Source: an uncultured virus (IMG/VR IMGVR_UViG_3300037400_005412) (Duplodnaviria > Heunggongvirae > Uroviricota > Caudoviricetes). From it: 20,000 nt of DNA. Position 1 is the stretch's first letter. Each line of letters opens with the position of its first letter. This document shows positions 1-9,409 of the stretch, in pieces. The notes beneath the pieces were generated by a model. It had not been told where the DNA came from and made no database searches. It was given only the letters and a program-made list of their open reading frames with translations. The position numbers were made by a program, and so were the translations under genes. The DNA lies in IMG/VR virus record IMGVR_UViG_3300037400_005412, one strand, 5' to 3'.

Positions 1-18
1 TAAATCTTTTAGTGCCAT
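1..18 (-). CDS. 5' end of a downstream gene (MALKDL..., runs off the window); possibly terminase large subunit
   Basis: ATG at 16-18 overlaps the TAA of the upstream gene (TAATG coupling), with a GAGGTG RBS upstream. The product is a guess from gene context only. Confidence 0.5.
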
Positions 19-1256
19 TAGATTTCCACCTCATCATTCTCTAATAAAGATTCAAGATATTCTTCGTCATCAGTTGTTTCTTCATCTACCATATTTGATA
101 ACTAAGCAAAATCTTCATCATTAAGAAAAGCCTTTTCATCTTCATCAAATAGCTCAGATTCAAATGCATCATCATCACCAGCAGCATCAGCATCTTGCAT
201 TGCTTCTTTTTCTTTATCGGCTTGAATTTGTCTGACTGCATTTTCAATAAGATTACCAAGATTCATTTCTTCTGTAACTAAAGTTCTAGTATATTTCTAG
301 AAATCTTGAATAGTTCTATCAACTTTATCTTGAGGTCCATCTACATAGTAACGAGGGAAAAATCCATCTCTTTCGCACATAGCAATTAATTCTGATACAG
401 AATCAACTACATTGCCCGATTCTGTTTTATTTTGGGCCGCAGTAAATCTACCTGATTTCATAAGCATATCATACATTTTAATCATTTTCTATGCGCCATC
501 AACATCGCCCATATCTAATAACTAATCACTTTTTAACGAAGTTTTACAAATCTTCTTTAAAGTATCTATATGACCTGCTGTTTGAATATCATATGATTCC
601 ATCATATCGTTATAAAGTTTTTCTAATTGAACCCATTCTTCTGGTTTATACATTTTGCCCCATTTCATACGGAGCATTAATTTATCCTCATCAGTCAATT
701 CATCTGTGATAACACTATCATCAAAACCATTTACTTCATCAAAATAATCTGGTCCATTGTTATAAGTATAATCTGATTGAGGCGGTGGAGGAGGCGGCTG
801 CAATTCTCCTTCTGGAATAGTGAATGTCGCTTTTTCAATTGCTTCTGTAATTTGCTGAGCATCATAGCCTTGACGCTTCATAGCCTATTCTATTTTATTA
901 TTTGCTAATTCCTATAAAAACTCTGTATCTTTCCAGCGATATTCTTTCCATTGTTTTAATTTCATTTTAGAAAAATATCTTCCAATAATTGTAGTTCCAG
1001 TTACCTTGCTCTTGTCTTTACCATATGAAGCCAATAACTTATTCCATTCTTCTGGAATATATGGGACATCAACTTCTTGTAAAATCCAAAGATAAGTATC
1101 TGGATTCCAATTATCAACATGCATTGTTATACATTTTTTACATTGATGAAGATATTTCTATGGATATTTTTCTATATTGTTTGATTGATAAAACTAATCA
1201 ACATTCATAGTTTTATTACATTTCTCACAATACATTTGTTCATTACTTTTCGGCAT
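18..1256 (-). CDS. TAG-recoded 412-aa phage protein with N-terminal CxxC...CxxC Zn finger and acidic C-terminus; possible terminase small subunit/packaging-module protein
   Basis: AAGGAGGT RBS, ATG at 1256, TAA at 18-20. ORF-track pieces 912-1124, 522-881 and 297-485 share one frame and are separated only by TAG (1194, 1158, 912, 885, 522, 489, 297, 102). Function is inferred from the MYCEKC..FY..CKKC and KWG..Y...EW..LE..Y motifs. Confidence 0.85.
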
Positions 1257-1373
1257 CTCTATACCTCCTTTTATATTTTTTATAAAAGGCTTAATTCAGC
1301 TTTTTTAATTTGCCCAAAAAGTAAACTCCTTTATCTCATACGTGAAAAATTTACCAATTTTATAATAGATTAA

Positions 1374-2459
1374 TCACTTTTGCCCAAGCGCATTTTCCGC
1401 TAAAAGCACATTCTTTTTAGATTTCGCATTACGGCATTCTTTGCATATACTATAAAAGCCATCTTTAGAAGTTTTATTTTTAGAAAAATATTTGTTATGT
1501 GCTAACTTAATTTGCCCACAACGACTACATTTTTTAAAAACGCCAGGTTCTTCTATTGTAAAATGCCAAGTCAGCCATTCATCTTCAGCAGTATCCGCAA
1601 TTAATTTTGGTATTTTATTTCGCCATAATGAAGAAATATATTCCATACTATGTTTAATTCCAAATTCAGTTTGAAGAGCAATTTGAATATCAGTATTAGG
1701 CATTCCATCAATTTTATATTCAACAATTCTTTTATATAAAGGATATTTTTTTAAAGCTTTATCGCATAAATTTTCAAAATCATAAATCATATACCAAGTG
1801 TCATTTTCAAAATTTTCAGAACTATCTTGCTTCAATTTAGAATAATTACATAATATTGCTTCACAAATACTTGGATTTAAAAAAGTAAAACCAGAATAAG
1901 ATATTTCACCATTTTTATCTATTGATATTTTGCCATCTAAAGAAACTTTTTGTTTACTATGAATTAATTTGATTGGGACAATAGGTTTACGATAAGCATT
2001 TTTAATAATATATTGGTCTTTTCGTAATTCTATTAAAGTTCGTTTAATTATATATGCTTCTCGACCAGTCGCAGTTTTTAATTTATCTTCCCAAATTTTA
2101 ATGGCTTCTTTTAATTGCTATAAAGGTTGAATTTCTTGAATATCGTTTTTAGTGATTGTTATTTTAGGTTGAAAAATTATATCTTTGTTTTCTGTTATTA
2201 AATTATATATACCATCTTCACCATTTTCAAATTGAGAGACAAGACCTTCAAAGGAAACTTCTCGTTTATCAACTGTCGCCATTCGATTATCAGTTAGAAT
2301 TTTGCGTTGTTTCTTTTCTTGTTTCTCCATACATAGAACTAGATAATCAGCTAAGATTTCTAAATATCGTTCGCCAGGATCGGGATTATCTTCCAAAATC
2401 TATTGAACTAATTTATTTCTATCTTCTGGATTTTCAAGAGTATAGTCTAATTTTATCAA
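1374..2459 (-). CDS. TAG-recoded 361-aa protein with a sigma-region-4-like HTH and C-terminal CxxC...CxxC Zn finger (putative DNA-binding/transcription factor)
   Basis: GGAGGT RBS at 2466-2471, TTG start at 2459 (MIKLDYTLENPEDRNKLVQ*ILED...), in-frame TAG at 2400 and 2118, TGA stop at 1374. Joins ORF-track pieces 2118-2396 and 1374-1835. Confidence 0.85.
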
Positions 2460-2486
2460 ACTATTACCTCCATTCATTCTATATTT

Positions 2487-2547
2487 ATTCTACCAAAAAA
2501 AATTTTAAATGTCAAATCTTGACAATATAAAAAAAATTTGGTAAAAT
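2487..2547. promoter_or_regulatory. Back-to-back divergent sigmaA-type promoters
   Basis: + strand: TTGACA (2519-2524), 17 bp, TG-n-TAAAAT (2542-2547). - strand: TTGACA (2515-2510), 17 bp, TG-n-TAGAAT (2492-2487). Confidence 0.8.
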
Positions 2548-2582
2548 ATATTTAGAAAATTTATTAAGGAGATTATAAAAAT

Positions 2583-2837
2583 ATGCAACTTATTAATGAA
2601 AATACAAGTAGAAAAATTGATAGTTTAGGGCGTATTAGTATTCCAAAAGGTATGCGCGATAGGATGGGGATGCCGCAGGACACTGAATTAAATTTTTATA
2701 CTTTGATTACTGATAAAGGAGAATAGATGATTTGTTTGGCGCCGACCACTTTTAGAAGAGATAGATTTTATGTAGCGGCTGAAGTGCTTGATGAACTTGG
2801 ATTAGATTTGCCAAAGGAGTTAAGAGCAAAGTTATAA
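2583..2837 (+). CDS. AbrB/MazE/SpoVT-family DNA-binding protein, 84 aa, one in-frame TAG
   Basis: AAGGAG RBS; MQLINENTSRKIDSLGRISIPKGMRDRMG matches the AbrB RKxDxLGRxxIPKxxR signature. TAG at 2724, TAA at 2835. Absent from the ORF track. Confidence 0.85.
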
Positions 2838-2842
2838 TAATT

Positions 2843-3190
2843 ATGATTTATACTAGTTATTTCGGTAATAAAAGTAATTTTCCAGAGGATGCCTATGTAA
2901 TTGGCATTACTAGATTTGCTCCTATTGGAATATAGGAAAATTGGGATGTGCTTGCGCCTAGTTCTGAATTATTAATGTAGTTTAAAAATAAAGAAATTGA
3001 TGAATTTATATTTAAAGTAAAATTTTTAGAGTAGTTAAAATAGGTTGACAAGAATTATATCATTGAATTGCTAAAGCTGGCTGAAAGCCATTGGGATAAT
3101 GTAATTCTATGTTGCTATGAAAAGAAAGGCGATTTTTGTCATCGACATATTGTAGCCGAATGGTTAGATATTGGAATAGAAGAACTATAA
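2843..3190 (+). CDS. DUF488-family protein, 115 aa, four in-frame TAG
   Basis: MIYTSYF...LAPSSELL...LCCYEKKGDFCHRHIVAEWL family motifs lie in one frame across TAGs at 2933, 2978, 3032 and 3041; TAA at 3188. Confidence 0.85.
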
Positions 3191-3360
3191 TGGTTCTTCT
3201 ATTTTTTTGTAATTGGAAATATCGTAATTAGAAATTGAAAATTCATTTCGGAATTTTTTAGGTCATACTATATATATATTATAATAAATAAAAAAAATAA
3301 TCCGAAAACATACGCCCCTTGCCCGCGGTTCGCGCGCACAAAAAAATTTTTTTTCTTTGT

Positions 3361-3377
3361 GGGGGGGGGGGGGGGGG
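3361..3377 (+). repeat. Poly-G homopolymer (17 G) at the boundary of the two regions
   Basis: Directly visible. Confidence 0.9.
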
Positions 3378-3454
3378 CACAGGTGCCGGCGATAAATATA
3401 TAAAAAAACCAGACTTAAAGTATAAAAAAATAAAATTATTTTTCTAGCTCAGAA

Positions 3455-4150
3455 AATACCTACTAAGTCTATAGTCCGTGATTTCAAAAGTGCGCTAAAC
3501 GTTTGTTCTTTCTACCCGATAAAAATATACCTCGAAAAATATCTACTAAGTCTGTAGTCCAATTTAAAAAACTTCCATCAATCAAATCATTATGTTACCC
3601 CGTCAAATAATCCTTCTTTATGCTTCAGCGCATCCTTTTCCATCGGCCTCAGCCGAACTTCACTTTAATACACTAAAGCGCAAAAGTGCGACGAAAATGT
3701 GTTCGCTGCTTTCGCGCGCGCAACGTCCCGAAACCCTGTTCGCTTCTTTGGGGAGGGGAGGGTAGGCCCACACTTTAGCACGTTAAAGCGTTATAGTAAG
3801 CGAGCACCTTTGTTAAAATTTTAACAAACTTTAGCGCATTAAAGCATTAAAGTGTTCCAAATGCGTGTTTGGCGCACTTTAACACGTTAAAGCGTTACAG
3901 TAAGCGAACACCTTTGTTAAAAATTTAACAAACTTTAACACACTAAATCATTAAGGTGGACGAGCTCCTTTGTTAAAAATTTAACAAACTTTAGCGCACT
4001 AAACCATCAAAGAGTTTGTCAAACTTGTGTTTGCTTCTTTTGGTTACAAAATAATGACAAAAAATTTTTTAAAAAAACACTTGACAAACCAGGAGTCAAG
4101 TGTTATAATAGAAGTGGCACCTATTAAAAGGTAACAAAATAATGACAAAA
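3455..4150. promoter_or_regulatory. Non-coding island 1 of operator-like repeats (Rex-like, CTTTA-N6-TAAAG, SOS-like, OmpR-type boxes)
   Basis: TTGTTAA-N4-TTAACAA at 3810, 3914, 3970. CTTTA-N6-TAAAG-type at 3663, 3773, 3829, 3877, 3933, 3989. GAAA/AAAC-N4-GTTC at 3497, 3693, 3730. GTWACA-N5-ATGACA at 4043, 4131. Confidence 0.75.
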
Positions 4151-4249
4151 AATTTCTAAAAAAAGTAGTTGACAAATAGCGCGTCCGGTGCTATAATACA
4201 ATCAGAAAGAGGGAAGGAAAACCCAACAAACCGGAAAGGAATTAGAAAA

Positions 4250-4405
4250 ATGAAGAATTGGAAAGTCTGGATGCTGGTTGCTGAAAATGGTGAAGTCCTC
4301 GCCCGCGGGCGCAAGCGTGATGTGATGCGGATCGCTTCTACTCGGTATGTTTATCAGCACATCTTTTCTGACAGCCTTTACCAGACTAGCGAGCCCCTCA
4401 ACTGA
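4250..4405 (+). CDS. Hypothetical early protein, 51 aa
   Basis: Promoter at 4169, AAAGGA RBS, ATG 4250, TGA inside the terminator hairpin. Confidence 0.8.
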   Translation: MKNWKVWMLVAENGEVLARGRKRDVMRIASTRYVYQHIFSDSLYQTSEPLN

Positions 4406-4416
4406 GGGGCTTTTTT
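4392..4416 (+). terminator. Intrinsic terminator
   Basis: AGCCCCTCA-ac-TGAGGGGCT followed by a T-run. Confidence 0.8.
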
Positions 4417-4462
4417 CATCCCCGCAGGTAAGCGAGCACCTTTGTTAAAAATTTAACAAACA

Positions 4463-4507
4463 TGGGCGACCTTTCCCTCCACTCCCGGGTGGACAACCTC
4501 CTGTTGT
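4463..4507 (-). ncRNA. Candidate antisense-strand small RNA with GGA-loop hairpins
   Basis: - strand promoter TTGACA (4542-4537), 17 bp, TATAGT (4519-4514). Transcript reads ACAAC-AGGAG-GTTGT, CCAC-CCGGGA-GTGG, AGGGAAAGG; no convincing ORF. Confidence 0.5.
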
Positions 4508-4666
4508 GGTTATACTATACCATACAGCCCGCTTTTTGTCAAGCAAAAAAATACACAAATTAGATAAAGCCTTTTTGTATAACATTACCTATTGACATTT
4601 CTCTTGTCCGGTGTTACAATACAATCAGAAAGAGAGAAGAACCCCTAATGTAAAGGAGAAAATAAA

Positions 4667-4867
4667 ATGAACCACATCATTTACACTGACCGATATTTTG
4701 AAAAAAATCTACAGCGTGTAGAAGTTACCTGCCGGAGCAAAGTCTACAAAACATACTATGCGCACAATCCCAGCGGTTTGAAACAGTACGCCCGCGTCTG
4801 GAATAATAGACTCGGCAAGATGATAGACATACGCCTTGACACTGATCTTGTGAAAGTTATTGATTGA
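4667..4867 (+). CDS. Hypothetical early protein, 66 aa
   Basis: Own promoter, AAAGGAG RBS, TGA stop. Confidence 0.8.
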   Translation: MNHIIYTDRYFEKNLQRVEVTCRSKVYKTYYAHNPSGLKQYARVWNNRLGKMIDIRLDTDLVKVID

Positions 4868-5015
4868 ATAGCGCGAACCAGCTAAAACCGGACGGCATAA
4901 ACCAGAAAAAACATCCGGGCTTAGCGCGAAAACCGTAGCTTTTTGATAAAAAAGAATTGACAAACAATCGGACGTGTGGTATAATACTCTTAGAAAGAGA
5001 CAGGAGGGCAACCCC

Positions 5016-5177
5016 ATGAAATACTACAATGATGCCGATTTCTGCAGGCCCAGCACTGCAGGCGCGAAACTCTTAAAGGTGGAGCGCAACAAGCTCAACC
5101 CATTGCCAGGCTTGACATTCGTATCAATCGGCTACTGGAAACTCGCAAGCGGCGAAGTGATTGGCATTGTATTCTAA
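5016..5177 (+). CDS. Hypothetical early protein, 53 aa
   Basis: Promoter near 4957, AGGAGG RBS, ATG 5016. Confidence 0.75.
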   Translation: MKYYNDADFCRPSTAGAKLLKVERNKLNPLPGLTFVSIGYWKLASGEVIGIVF

Positions 5178-5451
5178 AAGCTGACAGCCTTTTCTAATAC
5201 GCAATTCACCGCGCTTCCCGCGAAGGGCCCGAAGCGCAGGTTACAATATAGTGACAATTTTTTACGACAAATTACAGCTTTTTCAACCAGATTGCCGCAT
5301 CCCGAAAGTGTAACAGATTAATGACAGAACAGTACCAAAAGAAAAACATAATTTTTTTTGAAAAAATGCTTGACATTTACCCGGGCTTGTGGTATTATAA
5401 TACCAGAAAGAGGGAAGGAAAACCCAATAAACCAGAAAGGAAAGAAAGACA

Positions 5452-5565
5452 ATGATGCAGTATGGTTACTATGAAGCACACGAGGCAGAGTGGGAAGCTT
5501 GGAACGAGTACGTTGAATGGTTGAACTTTGAGGCCGACATGGCAACGAATCCCTACGATGAATAA
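5452..5565 (+). CDS. Acidic aromatic-rich peptide, 37 aa (paralog family A)
   Basis: MMQYGYYEAHEAEWEAWNEYVEWLNFEADMATNPYDE; promoter 5370, RBS, stop in hairpin. Paralogs at 8289 and 14189. Confidence 0.85.
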   Translation: MMQYGYYEAHEAEWEAWNEYVEWLNFEADMATNPYDE

Positions 5566-5655
5566 TCGTAGGGATTCCAAAAAAAACTATTGACAAACCG
5601 GACAGAGTATGCTATAATAAATCCAGAAGTTAAGAAAGAAAGGAAGTAAAAAAAA

Positions 5656-5841
5656 ATGAAAGACTTTAACATTAAAATCACTATTATTTCTGCGCTTATT
5701 ATTCTCAGCCTTTTGACTCTTGGAATTATCGCTTGCCTCACTTGCGATGCGCCGACTTGGGAAAAGGTCGCTGGAATAATTCTCCCGGTTGTCCCTGTTG
5801 GCCTTGAAAGCTTTCTGTTTTATACATACATCTGGGATTAA
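5656..5841 (+). CDS. Small membrane protein, 61 aa, two hydrophobic segments
   Basis: Own promoter, AAGGAAGT RBS, hydrophobic stretches, downstream hairpin plus T-run. Confidence 0.8.
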   Translation: MKDFNIKITIISALIILSLLTLGIIACLTCDAPTWEKVAGIILPVVPVGLESFLFYTYIWD

Positions 5842-5915
5842 GGACTTAAAAAAGTCCTTTTTCTTTTTTTATTTTAGGGCTTGACAAATCGCCCGGGCAA
5901 TGCTATAATGTAATC

Positions 5916-5959
5916 ACAGGTTGAGGGAAACCGCACTCGGGCAGGAGAGGGGAGAGACT
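5916..5959 (+). ncRNA. Candidate small RNA, GAGGGA-loop family, copy 1
   Basis: Promoter 5881-5909; GGTT-GAGGGA-AACC hairpin; no ORF before the next promoter. Confidence 0.6.
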
Positions 5960-6070
5960 ATCCAAAAGGTAACAAAAGAAAAACAAAAAATTTCTAAAAA
6001 TAACTCTTGACATTCGTCCGGACTTGTGGTATTATAATACCAGAAAGAGAAAAGAAAGGAAGTAAAAAAA

Positions 6071-6406
6071 ATGAAAAAGACAATAAAGTATGTGGTAGTA
6101 AGACTTACTGTTCCCGAGGATGTCAAGAATTATCATGGCTATTACATTCATACTTATGCTTATAAATCTGGAAATCATGATTCTGTCGTTGAGTATTGCC
6201 ACAAGGTAAAAAGCCAAAAGGGTTATAAAAATGGCACAAGCTATAAATGGTATGTAATGACTGAACATCAGGCACTTGAAGAATCTATCAGGCTTCACAA
6301 ATGGCAGGAAGAAAAATTAAACAAGGATTTAGAAAGGCGCTTTCCCATTCGTTATTGTGAACAAACCGCAAGAGAAGAACTTGCCGAAATGATGAGTGCA
6401 AGATAA
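6071..6406 (+). CDS. Hypothetical early protein, 111 aa
   Basis: Promoter 6007, RBS, TAA followed by a bidirectional terminator. Confidence 0.85.
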   Translation: MKKTIKYVVVRLTVPEDVKNYHGYYIHTYAYKSGNHDSVVEYCHKVKSQKGYKNGTSYKWYVMTEHQALEESIRLHKWQEEKLNKDLERRFPIRYCEQTAREELAEMMSAR

Positions 6407-6434
6407 AAAAGGTTGAGCAATCAACCTTTTTTTT
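6406..6434. terminator. Bidirectional intrinsic terminator
   Basis: AAAAAGGTTGA-gcaa-TCAACCTTTTT with flanking A and T runs. Confidence 0.8.
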
Positions 6435-6473
6435 AATGCAAAGAACCGAACACTCTCGCAGGCGGTCCGAAAA

Positions 6474-6502
6474 ATTATACCATACCAGTAGCAAAAAGTC
6501 AA
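6474..6502 (-). promoter_or_regulatory. Antisense promoter driving a short ORF-less transcript toward the 6406-6434 terminator
   Basis: TTGACT (6502-6497), 17 bp, TG-n-TATAAT (6479-6474). Confidence 0.65.
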
Positions 6503-6621
6503 GAAGAAATTTCGCACAAAATAGCATAAAACTGAACGTCCCGATTTGTGCACTTTGACTATTGACACCGGGCTATTTATTTGCTATAATGAAGCCACAA
6601 AAGGAAAAGGAGATAAAGAAA

Positions 6622-6930
6622 ATGATCAACATTAGAAGCATCCTAAAACTGGCTGAAAATGACGGCCTGACTCTTAAAGCTGGTAAGCCCATCACTTACA
6701 AGAGTGGTTGGCAGGTTGCCACCGAGGGCGTAGAGTGCCACACCGCAAGAGAAGCGATCAATGCGGTTAAGGCTTACAGCGGGAACTGTGGCGTGTGGTT
6801 TGCTGGCGGTATCTACTACATTGACAAAAGCCACCGCGTGAACACTAAACGCGAAGCACTGGAAATTGGCAAGACACACAATCAGATTTCTGTGTTGGGC
6901 TGGCGTAAAATGGCTTTAGCGTATTGCTAA
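6622..6930 (+). CDS. Hypothetical early protein, 102 aa
   Basis: AAGGAG RBS, ATG 6622 (the ORF-track start 6562 is the TTG of the -35 element). Confidence 0.85.
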   Translation: MINIRSILKLAENDGLTLKAGKPITYKSGWQVATEGVECHTAREAINAVKAYSGNCGVWFAGGIYYIDKSHRVNTKREALEIGKTHNQISVLGWRKMALAYC

Positions 6931-7033
6931 AGCCATTAAAATTTTTTTTGAAAAATTGAAAAAAATGCTTGACATTTTGCCCGGCTTGATATAATATACA
7001 ATCAGAAAGAGAAAAGAAAAGGAGATAATTAAA

Positions 7034-7225
7034 ATGTACATGATTCTTACTGCTGATACCGAAGAGACCATTGCTTCCACCAGATTTGAGGATGTAGCTA
7101 AAGTAATTGCTGATTCACTGCCTATCAAATGCGTTGTTCGGTATGCTGACATGGGCACTACAGTCTATTACAAAGCACCCGGTGCTAACTTCTTCTCTGC
7201 TAACGAAAAGCAGGAAGTGGCCTAA
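7034..7225 (+). CDS. Hypothetical protein, 63 aa (paralog of 19491-19673)
   Basis: Promoter and AAGGAG RBS; shares TIA..xFEDVA..IA..LP..CVVRY.D with the 19491 gene. Confidence 0.85.
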   Translation: MYMILTADTEETIASTRFEDVAKVIADSLPIKCVVRYADMGTTVYYKAPGANFFSANEKQEVA

Positions 7226-7521
7226 AAAGCCACTTCTTTTTTTTTTTTTTTTTTTTTTGGTATTGACATTTGCGTGCGCATGTGCTATAATAGAATTGGT
7301 GCGTTTCTTTCGTCCAGGGGCTGTGGCGCAGGTTACAATATAGTGACAAATTTTTGCGAGATGTTACAAGAAATTACCCGGACTTGCGGCGTCCTAAAAC
7401 TGGTTACAAAATAATTACAAATCAGTGACAAAAAGTTTTTTTAATTTTTTTGAAAAAATGCTTGACAAATGCGCCCGGCTGTGGTATATTATAATCACAA
7501 AAGGAAAGGAGATAAAAAGAA

Positions 7522-7743
7522 ATGAAAAAGATGTTTACTTATGACGTGGGTGGTTGGTTGTTCTGGGATACCGAGGCTTTCGGGAATGGCTGGAAAGCCG
7601 CAAAGGAAAAGGCCACCGCTCTCCACAGCGCGATCTATCGCACGGTCTATAATGGAGAGACTGAGCGCCGAGAGGTTTACTTTAAGGCTGGATGTTTCAA
7701 TGATGTTAAGTATGCCACCCCTGACAGCGTGATGATTTTCTAA
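7522..7743 (+). CDS. Hypothetical protein, 73 aa (paralog of 15781-15999)
   Basis: Promoter 7462 and RBS; shares EAFG..WK.A..KAT.LH..IYR.V...EV...GCF..V.YA.P..V.IF with the 15781 gene. Confidence 0.88.
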   Translation: MKKMFTYDVGGWLFWDTEAFGNGWKAAKEKATALHSAIYRTVYNGETERREVYFKAGCFNDVKYATPDSVMIF

Positions 7744-7844
7744 GGGATTAAAAAAATCCCTTAGAAAATTTAAAAAATGCTTGACAAACCGGTCAACTTG
7801 TGATATTATAATACCAGAAAGAGAAAGAAAGGAAGTAAAAAAAA

Positions 7845-8033
7845 ATGACTTACACAATTAGCAAGAATTTCAATGGAACTTACTCCATCCACCTTGGCGC
7901 CGACCTCTTTTACTCTTGGATTGATGAAGCGCCCACCTATGAAAAGGCAATAGAACTTGCGAGAACATACGCCGGAGAAAACGGCACAGTCCTCTATAAA
8001 GAAGACCTTTTCAAATCCGCCATTGAAATCTAA
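7845..8033 (+). CDS. Hypothetical early protein, 62 aa
   Basis: Promoter, RBS, terminator AAAAGAGAGCC-gcaa-GGCTCTTTT. Confidence 0.82.
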   Translation: MTYTISKNFNGTYSIHLGADLFYSWIDEAPTYEKAIELARTYAGENGTVLYKEDLFKSAIEI

Positions 8034-8105
8034 AAAGAGAGCCGCAAGGCTCTTTTTTTATAAAAAGTGCTTGACAAAACGCCCGGGCTATGATACAATA
8101 CAATC

Positions 8106-8153
8106 ACAGGCGGAGGGACGCCCCACGCGGGAAGTCGAGGGGAGAGACTGACT
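8106..8153 (+). ncRNA. Candidate small RNA, GAGGGA-loop family, copy 2
   Basis: Promoter 8071; GGCG-GAGGGA-CGCC hairpin; no ORF. Confidence 0.6.
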
Positions 8154-8288
8154 TAATAGTTACAAAATGGTAACAAAAAAGTTTTTTCAAAAAAATCAAA
8201 AAAAAGCTTGACAAAATGCCCGGGCTGTGCTATACTACAATCAGAAAGAGGGAAGGAAAACCCCAATAAACCAGAAAGGATGAATAAA

Positions 8289-8396
8289 ATGGAGTTTTAC
8301 AGTATGGAGCAGTTCGAGATCATGGGCGACCTGATGGAAGAATATCAGGAGTGGCTGGACTTTGAAGAGGACATGAAGTCCAATCCTTGGGGCTAA
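8289..8396 (+). CDS. Acidic peptide, 35 aa (paralog family A)
   Basis: MEFYSMEQFEIMGDLMEEYQEWLDFEEDMKSNPWG; promoter 8208, RBS, stop in hairpin loop. Confidence 0.8.
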   Translation: MEFYSMEQFEIMGDLMEEYQEWLDFEEDMKSNPWG

Positions 8397-8490
8397 AAAA
8401 GCCCCAAGGAAATTAAAAAAGTGCTTGACAAGTAAAACAAAGTATGATATAATAAAGGCATAAAAGGAAAAGAAAAGGAGAATTAAAAAA

Positions 8491-8775
8491 ATGAGTTACT
8501 TTATGGGAAATGGCCGCGCCGATACTTGCCGCCACAGCGATGAAGCCTACAAGGGCAAGGCGGTTGAAATGATGATTGACGTGCTGGAAGCCCGTGATGG
8601 TTTTGAACTTCGCAAGGCAAGCGACAGCACCGGCTCGGCGGCAAAGTTCCGCATTTTCTGGGATGGCGAGTGCATCAGCACCGTCTACAATGAAAAGGAA
8701 GCGCGGGCGCTGTTCAATGACTTTGCCCCAGCCCCCAAGCGCAAGGCTGGACGCCCCAAGAAGAATGCCGCATAA
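8491..8775 (+). CDS. Hypothetical early protein, 94 aa, basic C-terminal tail (KRKAGRPKK, AT-hook-like)
   Basis: Promoter, AAGGAG RBS, downstream terminator. Confidence 0.82.
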   Translation: MSYFMGNGRADTCRHSDEAYKGKAVEMMIDVLEARDGFELRKASDSTGSAAKFRIFWDGECISTVYNEKEARALFNDFAPAPKRKAGRPKKNAA

Positions 8776-9033
8776 GTTCCAAAAGAGAAAGAGTTAAAAA
8801 ACTCTTTCTCTTTTCTTTTGTGGGACGTGCGCCGCCCGGGTAAGCGAATCCTTTTAGCTGGAGTTAGCGCCGACTTACCCGACAGGCCCCGAGCTTTAAC
8901 ACAGTAAAGTGGTGAAGAATTTTGAGGCGATTTGCTTGTTAAAAACTTAACGATATTTTTTCCGAAAAAGGGCTTGACAAATGCCTCCGGGTGTGGTATA
9001 GTATAATCACAAAAGGAAAGGAGATAAAGAAAA

Positions 9034-9192
9034 ATGAAACGTGAACAGTATTACAAGAACAAGAGAACAGGCGAGCACACCGAAAGCCATAAACAAGCCA
9101 TGGAATGGTATCGGGCAAAGGATGAGATCGAAGTCTGGTATTATTCCGAAGTGTGCGGCGAATGGCTGTGCGGGGTTGAGTGGGTTTGGTAA
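9034..9192 (+). CDS. Hypothetical Trp-rich protein, 52 aa
   Basis: MKREQYYKNKRTGEHTESHKQAMEWYRAKDEIEVWYYSEVCGEWLCGVEWVW; promoter, RBS, stop in hairpin. Confidence 0.8.
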   Translation: MKREQYYKNKRTGEHTESHKQAMEWYRAKDEIEVWYYSEVCGEWLCGVEWVW

Positions 9193-9257
9193 AAATCCAC
9201 TCAACTTTTTTTGAAAAAGGGCTTGACAAATCGCCCGGGCTGTGATACTATACAATC

Positions 9258-9300
9258 ACAGGCGGAGGGACGCCCCACGCGGGGAGCCGAGGGGGGAGAG
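9258..9300 (+). ncRNA. Candidate small RNA, GAGGGA-loop family, copy 3
   Basis: Promoter 9223; GGCG-GAGGGA-CGCC hairpin; no ORF. Confidence 0.6.
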
Positions 9301-9409
9301 CGCGCTAAAAGTTACAAAAGAATGACAAAAAATTTTTTTGAAAAGTGCTTGACAAGTCCGGACATGTATGCTATAATGTAGTCACAAAAGAGAAAAGGAG
9401 ATAAAAAAA

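Noticed and set aside
297..2396. Separate short genes or pseudogenes as given by the ORF track
   Set aside because: The pieces of each gene share a frame and are broken only by TAG, never by TAA, TGA or frameshifts, which fits recoding rather than decay.
3770..4010. CRISPR array
   Set aside because: The repeats are degenerate, irregularly spaced palindromes without unique constant-length spacers, and no cas genes are present.
3796..8850. CcpA cre sites at the GTAAGCGA repeats (3796, 3900, 4428, 8839)
   Set aside because: Only a half-site matches; the right half does not fit TGWAANCGNTNWCA.
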